This document shows, one piece after another, positions 17,075-24,675 of a DNA stretch of 43,362 nucleotides (position 1 is its first letter; every line of letters starts with the position of its first letter). The position numbers were made by a program, and so were the translations under genes. The notes under the pieces were generated by a model, which was not told where the DNA came from, ran no database searches, and saw only the letters and a program-made list of their open reading frames with translations. This DNA is from an uncultured Azospirillum sp. (lineage in GTDB: Bacteria; Pseudomonadota; Alphaproteobacteria; RF32; CAG-239). The stretch spans positions 1-43,362 of the forward strand of contig CAMOQT010000002.1 of assembly GCA_946623145.1 (NCBI GenBank), in the 5' to 3' direction.

Positions 17075-17839
17075 ATGCGTTATAAAATAACGATTGAATA
17101 TGACGGAACAGATTTACTCGGGTGGCAATGGCAACCTGATGGTAATAGCGCGCAAGGTTTTTTAGAATCTGCTTTGAGGAATGCTTTTGCTCGTTTTATT
17201 GCACAAGATGTTTCAAACGGTGCTTTGGTTTGGGGTGCGGGAAGAACAGATGCCGGTGTTCATGCTATAGCTCAAGTTGCGCATTTTGACTTAGATTTAG
17301 ATATTGAAGATTGGAAAATGCGTGAAGCGCTAAATGCTAATTTGCGCGATTTAGAGGCCCCTGTAAGCGTTGTATATGTTGAAAAAGTCAACGAAGAGTT
17401 TCATGCACGCTTTTCCGCCAAAGGACGAGGATATATTTATCGTATTTTAAATCGTCGCGCTCCGAGTGTTTTGTTAAAGAATCGTGTTTGGTGGGTTCCG
17501 GTACCCTTAGATATTGAAAAAATGCGGGAAGCTTCTAAATGTTTGCTCGGAAAACATGATTTTACCTCTTTTCGGGCGGCAGCTTGTCAGGCAAAATCTC
17601 CGGTGAAAACATTAGATAAGCTGGATATTATTGAAGATGGTGAAGAAATTCGGTTTGAGGTAGAAGCAAAGTCTTTTTTACATCACCAAGTGCGTAATTT
17701 TGTCGGTACTTTGAAAATGGTGGGTGATGGGCAATTCCAAATTGAAGATGTTCAAAAAATTTTGGAAGCAAAAGATAGAAAACAAGCCGGCGTAACAGCA
17801 CCGGCTTGCGGATTGTATTTAAGTAAAGTTTGGTATTAA
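17075..17839 (+). CDS. truA: tRNA pseudouridine38-40 synthase TruA
   Basis: MRYKITIEYDGT N-terminus and catalytic GAGRTDAGVHA. ATG 17075 is preferred because the TTG at 17060 lies inside the upstream terminator. Confidence 0.9.
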   Translation: MRYKITIEYDGTDLLGWQWQPDGNSAQGFLESALRNAFARFIAQDVSNGALVWGAGRTDAGVHAIAQVAHFDLDLDIEDWKMREALNANLRDLEAPVSVVYVEKVNEEFHARFSAKGRGYIYRILNRRAPSVLLKNRVWWVPVPLDIEKMREASKCLLGKHDFTSFRAAACQAKSPVKTLDKLDIIEDGEEIRFEVEAKSFLHHQVRNFVGTLKMVGDGQFQIEDVQKILEAKDRKQAGVTAPACGLYLSKVWY

Positions 17840-18513
17840 TCGGTTATATCTCTTTGTCTGTTACGTGTATTCGGTACTTTAGTGATAGAATAGGCTTTTG
17901 CAAATTCTTCCTTTTGGATCATTCTCATGCCTGCACTATCTTTGATAAGATAAGCACCACCTTTATCTGCTGTCTGAGGCTGTCCGACAGCCCCTTCAAA
18001 AACAGCTCCTTCCGGTAATAAAACAGCTTGTACGGCTTCTTTCTTTTTAGCACCAGTAAACGTTTTTCCCGGAACAATGTCTTCTTTTGCTGGTGCACCG
18101 ACCAAACCGGCAGCAAAATTAACGTCGGAATCCCATAAATCAGCTTTACCGCCTTGATTAACAACTTCTTTTTTCATATAATCGATAAAGTCATTAACAT
18201 AAGTTGCAGTTTTAAAAGTATTAGGATGAGCTTCTAAATAAGAATCTATTTTTTCTTTTCTGCCTGGCGCATCATAACATATAAGTACGCCGTCTCTAGC
18301 TTTAAGGACTTGGTTACCGTTATCTTTCGGATTATGAAATTCTAATCCTTTGACATCTTCCATAAAAGGGCCATCCGCACCCCACTCTTCACGTTTTGTA
18401 TCTTTACCGCCGGCAAAACCGTATGCAGGAATAATAATTCGTTTCATGTCTGTTGGAATAGCTTCAATAGTAGGTTGTTCAAACATTTTTGCTGCTTGCT
18501 CATTAGTAATCAT
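17836..18513 (-). CDS. hypothetical protein, 225 aa, no family recognised
   Basis: Strong SD GAAGGAGAA 7 nt upstream of the ATG. Host-like composition. 4-bp convergent overlap with truA. Confidence 0.6.
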   Translation of the reverse strand: MITNEQAAKMFEQPTIEAIPTDMKRIIIPAYGFAGGKDTKREEWGADGPFMEDVKGLEFHNPKDNGNQVLKARDGVLICYDAPGRKEKIDSYLEAHPNTFKTATYVNDFIDYMKKEVVNQGGKADLWDSDVNFAAGLVGAPAKEDIVPGKTFTGAKKKEAVQAVLLPEGAVFEGAVGQPQTADKGGAYLIKDSAGMRMIQKEEFAKAYSITKVPNTRNRQRDITD

Positions 18514-18649
18514 AATGATTCTCCTTCAGTTAGTTATTTTGTCTAACTAAAAGATAACACGATTTTGCTTTTTAATCAATATATTTTTAGGAGAGGGTTT
18601 GTTTTTGTATAAATAGTATATAAAAAGATGTTTTTATCTTTTTGGAAAA

Positions 18650-18690
18650 AATATAAAAAATCCCCGTTAATCTTTGGATATCACGGGGAG
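18650..18690 (-). terminator. rho-independent terminator after ftsK
   Basis: Minus-strand stem TCCCCG/CGGGGA followed by TTTTTTATATTTTTT. Confidence 0.6.
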
Positions 18691-18718
18691 ATTATGGATG
18701 ATTTTATAATTAGGAAGT

Positions 18719-21067
18719 TTATCCTATTATTTGGCGTTTACCCATGGCGTCAGGAGCAGAAACAATCCCTTCCTCTTCCATTTTATCGATTAATGATGCG
18801 GCGCGGTTATAGCCAATTCGTAAACGTCTTTGAATGTAGCTGATAGAAGCTTTTTTATCATTACGGATAATGTCGACAGCTTGAAGGTATAAATCTTCAT
18901 CTTTATCACCGGAACCACCAAAATTACTTTTATCAAAAACGGCACCGGAATCTTTTTCGTTTAATTCACCTTGAGTTACGGCTTCAATATATTCAGGTTC
19001 TTTTTGTGATTTGATAAATTCGACGATATTTTCAACCTCTTCGTCCTTGACAAAGGCTCCGTGGATACGTATCGGGCGTTGACCTGCCGGCATGTAGAGC
19101 ATGTCGCCTTTACCGAGTAATTGTTCGGCACCTTGTTCTCCTAAAATGGTGCGACTGTCAATTTTTGATGTGACTTGGAAACTAATACGTGTTGGGAAAT
19201 TAGCTTTAATTGTACCAGTAATAACATCAACAGACGGGCGTTGTGTAGACATAATCAAGTGTAATCCTGCAGCACGAGCCATTTGAGCTAAGCGCTGAAT
19301 GGCTGCTTCAACTTCTTTACCTGCAACAAGCATAAGATCAGCCATTTCATCAACGACGATGACGATATATGGTAATGGTTTTAGCTCTATTTCCTGTTCT
19401 TCGTAAATCGGTTTACCATCTTCATCAAAACCGGTTTGAACAGTTCTCTTATATGGTTTTCCTGTTTTCTTTAATTCCATGATTTTTTGATTGTATCCGC
19501 TGATGTTTCTTACATTCATTTGAGCCATAGCACGGTAGCGATCTTCCATTTCTTTAACGGCCCACTTGAGTCCGATAACAGCTTTAGCCGGATCGGTGAT
19601 AACCGGAGTTAATAAATGCGGAATACCGTTATACATTGAAAATTCAAGCATTTTCGGGTCAATCATGATTAATTTGCATTCTTCCGGGCTCATACGGAAC
19701 AATAAAGAAAGAATCATAGAGTTAACGCCGACAGATTTACCTGAACCGGTTGTTCCTGCAACCAGCAAGTGTGGCATTTTAGATAAATCGGCGTAAGTGT
19801 TTTGACCGCCAATATCTTTACCAAGAACGACATTAAGTGCGTTTTTAGATTCAGAGAAATTCGGGTCTTCAAATAAATCGCGTAACCAAACAGTATCACG
19901 AGTTAGGTTTGGAAGTTCTATGCCAATTGTGTTGGATCCGGGGACAAGAGCAATACGGACGGCTACCGCAGACATAGAACGGGCAATATCATCAGCTAAA
20001 CCGATAACACGAGCGTTTTTTGTTCCCGGAGCAGGTTCGAGTTCATATAAAGTAACAACAGGACCGGGGCGGACTTTAACAATTTTTCCATGAATACCAA
20101 ATTCTTCCAAAGTATTTTCAAGTTCACGGGCAATTCTTTCCAATTCTTCTTTACTTACGCTGTTATTGACTTTGTCTTTAGGGCGGGAAAGCAATTCGAT
20201 GCTTGGACGAATATAACCGTCTGTTGTTGAAGATGTAGGGGTATTTTTAGTAGCAGCAATCTTTTGGGTTGGTTTGTTTTTCGGTTGCTCAATTGTTTCA
20301 TCTTTTTTTGTTTCGGAAGAGGTGTCATTATCATTAAAGCTAGGTTCTATTCTTTCGATCGGTTCTTTACGATTGCGGCGTTTCTTTTCTTGCTTCTTTT
20401 TGATTTCTTTACGCTCTTCATAGCTGAAATGGTGATTACCAAACAAGTCTAAAATATTTCGGAAGCCTTTATATATGCTTGAAAAGATAGCAAGAATGGT
20501 TAAACAAATTGTTTTAATCCAATTAAACCAGTGTTTTATGGTAATACCAAAGGCGTAGTCAAAGAAAAACAGGGTGAATAAACAACAAATGGCAAATAAA
20601 AGATATTTTCCATACCCGTAAGTATTAAAATGATTGATAATTGTCATTAGGTTTGAAGAGGCAAAAGCTCCAAAAAATCCTCCGAGTTTTATTGGCAACC
20701 AGTGTGTCGGTAAAAGAGCTAAAGCTGTTGAACCTGTTGCTAATCCCCAAATAAAGGCTAAAATTCTTGAATAGGCATTGATAAAACCAAATCCTCGTGC
20801 TAAATCATATCCCCATCGAAAAACAATGATTAAGAAAAGAGGGACAATCAGCCCTAAAGCTGAAAGAGCATAATCTGCCGTTATGGCTCCGTAAACACCG
20901 AGAGCATTTTTTATAGGTGCATCAGAGATAATATTTATGGCGCTATCTTGTTGATGATAGAACAGACAACTTGCCCAGATAAATAATGTTCCGCATATTA
21001 AAAATATCCCGCTTAAGCGAAGAAGTATTTTTTTAAGAAGAGATTGTTTTTGTTTTTTCTTTGCCAT
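18719..21067 (-). CDS. ftsK: DNA translocase FtsK
   Basis: N-terminal TM helices, Pro/Lys/Glu linker, Walker A GTTGSGKS, C-terminal gamma winged helix (ISYIQRRLRIGYNRAASLIDKMEEEGIV). Likely start is MAKKKQ at 21067. Confidence 0.9.
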   Translation of the reverse strand: MAKKKQKQSLLKKILLRLSGIFLICGTLFIWASCLFYHQQDSAINIISDAPIKNALGVYGAITADYALSALGLIVPLFLIIVFRWGYDLARGFGFINAYSRILAFIWGLATGSTALALLPTHWLPIKLGGFFGAFASSNLMTIINHFNTYGYGKYLLFAICCLFTLFFFDYAFGITIKHWFNWIKTICLTILAIFSSIYKGFRNILDLFGNHHFSYEERKEIKKKQEKKRRNRKEPIERIEPSFNDNDTSSETKKDETIEQPKNKPTQKIAATKNTPTSSTTDGYIRPSIELLSRPKDKVNNSVSKEELERIARELENTLEEFGIHGKIVKVRPGPVVTLYELEPAPGTKNARVIGLADDIARSMSAVAVRIALVPGSNTIGIELPNLTRDTVWLRDLFEDPNFSESKNALNVVLGKDIGGQNTYADLSKMPHLLVAGTTGSGKSVGVNSMILSLLFRMSPEECKLIMIDPKMLEFSMYNGIPHLLTPVITDPAKAVIGLKWAVKEMEDRYRAMAQMNVRNISGYNQKIMELKKTGKPYKRTVQTGFDEDGKPIYEEQEIELKPLPYIVIVVDEMADLMLVAGKEVEAAIQRLAQMARAAGLHLIMSTQRPSVDVITGTIKANFPTRISFQVTSKIDSRTILGEQGAEQLLGKGDMLYMPAGQRPIRIHGAFVKDEEVENIVEFIKSQKEPEYIEAVTQGELNEKDSGAVFDKSNFGGSGDKDEDLYLQAVDIIRNDKKASISYIQRRLRIGYNRAASLIDKMEEEGIVSAPDAMGKRQIIG

Positions 21068-21228
21068 TTTTAGCCCCTTTTGAATGGCTATAGTATAAAG
21101 ATAAAATCTCAAAAGTTTATTAATTTTATTCAGTTCGTGGGGTAAGAAAGGAATATTTATTGACTTTTTTTATAAAATAGCACAGGCTTATCCGTACAAA
21201 AGTTTAATAATAAGAGGTTTTTTAGAGT

Positions 21229-22173
21229 ATGAAGTATGCTTTTGTTTTCCCGGGGCAAGGGTCTCAATTTGTCGGCATGGGAAAAGAATTAGCTGATAAT
21301 TTTAAGTCAGCGAAAGAAGTTTTTCAGGAAGTTAATGACGCAATTTCCCAAGATTTATTCAAATTAATGTGCGACGGTCCGGAGAGTGATTTAATGATGA
21401 CAACAAATGCTCAACCGGCTTTAATGGCTCATTCAATGGCTGTTGTTCGTGTTTTGGAAAAAGATTTTGGAATTAAGTTAGCGGATAAAGCAGCTTATGT
21501 TGCCGGACATTCTTTAGGAGAGTATTCTGCAGCTTGTGCGGCGGGAGTTTTTTCTTTGTCGGATACGGCAAAATTGTTGCGCACCCGAGGTGAAGCTATG
21601 CAAGCCGCTGTTCCGCTCGGTGTGGGTGGAATGGCTGCAGTTATCGGTATGTCATTTAAGGATGTAGATGCTTTAGTTGATGTTTGTCGTGAGACCGGTG
21701 GAGAATGTGTTGCCGCAAATGACAATGCTGATGGGCAGGTTGTTTTATCAGGACATTTATCAGCGATAGAAAAAGCTGTTGAGGTTGCTTCTGAGTTTGG
21801 TGCAAAAAGATGTATTAAACTTCCTGTAAGTGCGCCTTTTCACAGTCCGTTAATGGCTCCGGCGGCAAAAGTAATGAAAGAAGCTTTAGAAAAAACGACC
21901 GCTCATGACGCCAAAATTCCATTAATTGCAAATGTGTTAGCTACTCCGATTATGGATAGTCGTGAAATCATAAAACATTTAGTTGAACAAGTTACAGGAT
22001 CTGTCCGTTGGCGTGAAAGTGTCAGCTATATGGTTGAAAACGGTGTCACAGATGTGATTGAACTCGGTGCCGGTAAAGTATTATCGGGAATCGTAAAAAG
22101 AAGTTATAAAGAAATTAATACGGTCTCTGTCAGCGCTTCTGCCGATATTGAGGCTTTGGCTAAAGATTTATAA
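21229..22173 (+). CDS. fabD: malonyl-CoA:ACP transacylase
   Basis: FPGQGSQ N-terminal motif and active-site GHSLGEYSA. Confidence 0.9.
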   Translation: MKYAFVFPGQGSQFVGMGKELADNFKSAKEVFQEVNDAISQDLFKLMCDGPESDLMMTTNAQPALMAHSMAVVRVLEKDFGIKLADKAAYVAGHSLGEYSAACAAGVFSLSDTAKLLRTRGEAMQAAVPLGVGGMAAVIGMSFKDVDALVDVCRETGGECVAANDNADGQVVLSGHLSAIEKAVEVASEFGAKRCIKLPVSAPFHSPLMAPAAKVMKEALEKTTAHDAKIPLIANVLATPIMDSREIIKHLVEQVTGSVRWRESVSYMVENGVTDVIELGAGKVLSGIVKRSYKEINTVSVSASADIEALAKDL

Positions 22174-22191
22174 TATGAAAGGAAATAAATC

Positions 22192-22929
22192 ATGTTTAGA
22201 TTAGATGGTAAAGTTGCTTTAATTACAGGTGCTGCTGGTGGTATCGGTGATAAAATTGCACGGACTTTGCATGCTCAGGGGGCTATTTTAGCTTTGACAG
22301 ATATGCGTGCAGAACCTATGGAAAAATTAAAGGCTGAACTTGGCAGTAATGTCGAAACTTTTATTGCTAATTTAACAAATCCGGAAGATGTTAAGAATCT
22401 GGTTGCTGCAGTTGAAGAAAAACTCGGCAGAATTGATATTTTGGTTAACAATGCCGGATTAACACGTGATAATTTGTTCATCCGTATGAGTGATGAAGAT
22501 TGGCAATTGGTTTTGGATGTTAACCTTTCTGCAGGTTTCAAATTGGCTAAGGCAGCTGTTCGTGGCATGATGAAACGTCGTTTTGGTCGTATTATTGGTA
22601 TTGCCTCTGTTGTTGGTGTAACTGGTAATGCTGGTCAAGCTAACTATTCTGCTTCAAAAGCTGGTATGATTGCTATGAACAAATGTTTAGCACAAGAAGT
22701 TGGGTCTCGCGGTATTACAGTTAATTCAATTGCCCCAGGTTTTATTCGTACACCGATGACAGATGTTTTGCCTGAGGATGTAAAAGCTGCTTTGTTAGCT
22801 AAAATTCCGGAAGCGAAACTTGGTGAAGCACAAGATATTGCAAACGTTGTTGCTTTCTTAGCTTCTGATGAAGCACAATATATTACGGGACAGACGATTA
22901 ATATCAATGGCGGTATGGCTATGATTTAG
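22192..22929 (+). CDS. fabG: 3-oxoacyl-ACP reductase
   Basis: TGAAGGIG, NNAG, and the YSASKAG catalytic motif, immediately after fabD. Confidence 0.9.
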   Translation: MFRLDGKVALITGAAGGIGDKIARTLHAQGAILALTDMRAEPMEKLKAELGSNVETFIANLTNPEDVKNLVAAVEEKLGRIDILVNNAGLTRDNLFIRMSDEDWQLVLDVNLSAGFKLAKAAVRGMMKRRFGRIIGIASVVGVTGNAGQANYSASKAGMIAMNKCLAQEVGSRGITVNSIAPGFIRTPMTDVLPEDVKAALLAKIPEAKLGEAQDIANVVAFLASDEAQYITGQTININGGMAMI

Positions 22930-22941
22930 AAAAAGTGTGCT

Positions 22942-23042
22942 AAATTGGAAACTAGTGCAGGTTTAAATTAATCTGCTCGGTTACGTAGGTTTTACTACGC
23001 TCCCGTCGCAGATTAAATTAAACCTTACTATTTTCCAAATTT
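22942..23042 (+). repeat. ~100-nt hairpin repeat, diverged member of the family seen at 6853-7243
   Basis: 18-bp inverted repeat AGGTTTAAATTAATCTGC (22959-22976) / GCAGATTAAATTAAACCT (23008-23025), 17/18 complementary. It encloses TCGGTTACGTAGG-TTTT-ACTACGCTCCCG. Outer AAATTGGAAA/TTTCCAAATTT. Confidence 0.75.
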
Positions 23043-23074
23043 ATCCCATTTTTTAGAGTACTTTCCGGGATACC

Positions 23075-23152
23075 AGTGCGTTGTTTTGATAAAAATTATC
23101 CTCACGTACCTCTATGTACGCTGCGGTAATTTTTCTTTCAACGCCTACTATT
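23075..23152 (+). repeat. hairpin repeat, close member of the family seen at 6853-7243
   Basis: Shares AGTGCGTT...TCCTCACGTACC-TCT-ATGTACGCTGCGGTA...GCCTACTATT with the tandem units. Arms GCGTTG/CAACGC and AAAAATTA/TAATTTTT. Confidence 0.85.
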
Positions 23153-23260
23153 AGTCTCATTCTGCAAGTTTTTAGGAAAAACGCGCTCTTTTTTTTATAA
23201 AAGCGGAAGATCGCGTGACCTCAGGCTATCGCCTTCGGAGCGATGACAATAATATTTTAT

Positions 23261-23291
23261 AATAAAAAACTCACCTTTAGTAAAAGGCGAG
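23261..23291 (-). terminator. orphan rho-independent terminator on the minus strand
   Basis: Minus strand reads CTCGCCTTT-TACT-AAAGGTGAG: 9 bp including one G-U (an A-C mismatch on the other strand), followed by TTTTTTATT. Confidence 0.7.
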
Positions 23292-23418
23292 GGAGCTCAA
23301 AACTGTCGTAGAACAGCATGACGTATTCAATATATTCCGTCATCTCCCTCTTCAATAGAAGGAGTTATTTTTTCTACGAGGAGATTTTGAGGCTCCTGTA
23401 AGCATCTCTGCTTACAGG
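23262..23418 (-). ncRNA. candidate ~150-nt structured sRNA, unknown family
   Basis: Bounded by a minus-strand sigma70-like promoter and a canonical intrinsic terminator. Long-range helices GAGCCTCAAAA/TTTTGAGCTC and TCGTAGAA/TTCTACGA. No long ORF. Confidence 0.4.
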
Positions 23419-23422
23419 AATT

Positions 23423-23450
23423 ACTATAAAAGAATTAACTAAAAATGCAA
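23423..23450 (-). promoter_or_regulatory. putative sigma70-type promoter for the sRNA candidate
   Basis: Minus strand TTGCAT (23450-23445), 16-nt spacer, TATAGT (23428-23423). The AT-rich context makes chance matches plausible. Confidence 0.35.
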
Positions 23451-23487
23451 GAGCATTTTTTAGGCTGAAAGAATCGAAAATAAGGAT

Positions 23488-23515
23488 TTGCTTTTTGGAA
23501 AAAACTCTTTATAAT
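23488..23515 (+). promoter_or_regulatory. putative sigma70-type promoter for the lptF/G-lptD-surA-rsmA cluster
   Basis: TTGCTT (23488-23493), 16-nt spacer, TATAAT (23510-23515), about 30 nt upstream of ATG 23545. Confidence 0.35.
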
Positions 23516-23544
23516 CGGGATGTTTTTTAATAACAGACGACACA

Positions 23545-24675
23545 ATGAAAAAATTAAATAGATATATTGCTAAGCAGATTTTTATAGGTTTTTTGATTGT
23601 AACTTTTTCTTTATTAGCTATCGTTTGGCTGACGCAGTCTTTGAATTTTGTGGAAATGGTTACAAACAAAGGACTTCCTGTGTTTTTGTTTGTAGAAATG
23701 ACATCATTACTTATGCCGCGAATTTTTGTGATTCTGGCGCCGATTGCTTTGTTTGTCTCTGTTTTGTTTGTTTATAATCGTATGATTTCGGATAGAGAAT
23801 TAATGGTTATGAAAGCAGCAGGAATAAGTCCGTGGAGCTGTGCTAAAGCCGCTATGTTAATAGGCTTTTTGTTATCTGTTTTTAATCTTTATATTAATAA
23901 TGTCGTTATTCCGAAAGCAGAGCAGGAGTTTGCTCGTTTAGAATGGCAAGTTAAAAATGACATGTCTCATTTGATGTTTAAAGAAGGCGAATTCACGACG
24001 GTTCAGACTTATATGACGATTTTTGTTGCATCTCATGATGGTAAAGGAACGCTTTCCGGAATATTGGTTAATGATGAAAGAGATGCAAATAAAAAAATTA
24101 CTATTTCTGCGGAAAAGGGAAAAATTGTGTACTCGTCAACACCACCAAGATTAATCCTTATTAATGGTGTTAGAAATGAAATTACAAAAGATGAAAAACA
24201 ACAATTTTCATCCTTGGCTTTTGATAGGTATTCTGTTGATTTTGGTATATCTGATAAGACAAAAGAAAAAGAAGTCGGAGCGCGAGAGCTGACATTAAAA
24301 GAACTTCTTTTGTCATATAAAAACAAGGGACTTACTCAACAACAAATTAATCGATATATGGTAGAGGGGTTCAGACGAATCCTTATGCCGTTATATTGCT
24401 TTATTTTTGCATTGATTGCTTGTACAGGTTTATTAGTTAGTAATTTTAATCGTCGAGGACAAGGGCGGATTATTACATATTCAATTTTGTTTATGGTTAT
24501 TGTTCAGGCTTGTGATTTAATATTTGGAAATTTGACTATGAAAAAATTGGTATATGCACCATTGATGGGGCTTAATTTTATTGTGCCGTTTTTTACTTGT
24601 TTTTATCTTTTAGTGTTTTATAATCCTGCTAGAAAAAGAAAAAAAGTATTTGATAAGGGACTGGTTAATGTCTAG
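23545..24675 (+). CDS. LPS export ABC permease, LptF/LptG family
   Basis: 376 aa. N-terminal LNRYIAKQIF pattern, 6 TM segments with a large periplasmic loop. Directly upstream of and overlapping lptD. Confidence 0.8.
   Translation: MKKLNRYIAKQIFIGFLIVTFSLLAIVWLTQSLNFVEMVTNKGLPVFLFVEMTSLLMPRIFVILAPIALFVSVLFVYNRMISDRELMVMKAAGISPWSCAKAAMLIGFLLSVFNLYINNVVIPKAEQEFARLEWQVKNDMSHLMFKEGEFTTVQTYMTIFVASHDGKGTLSGILVNDERDANKKITISAEKGKIVYSSTPPRLILINGVRNEITKDEKQQFSSLAFDRYSVDFGISDKTKEKEVGARELTLKELLLSYKNKGLTQQQINRYMVEGFRRILMPLYCFIFALIACTGLLVSNFNRRGQGRIITYSILFMVIVQACDLIFGNLTMKKLVYAPLMGLNFIVPFFTCFYLLVFYNPARKRKKVFDKGLVNV

Noticed and set aside
23265-23351. A 28-aa minus-strand ORF inside the sRNA candidate (MTEYIEYVMLFYDSFELPRLLLKVSFLL), considered as a possible type I toxin
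   Set aside because: The SD-like GAGGGAG abuts the ATG with essentially no spacing. The peptide is acidic rather than a clean TM helix, and it reads through the terminator. It is kept only as a caveat to the sRNA call.
23460-23669. 69-aa minus-strand ORF overlapping the lptF/G start
   Set aside because: It overlaps a well-supported gene and the predicted promoters, and has no SD or recognisable motif.
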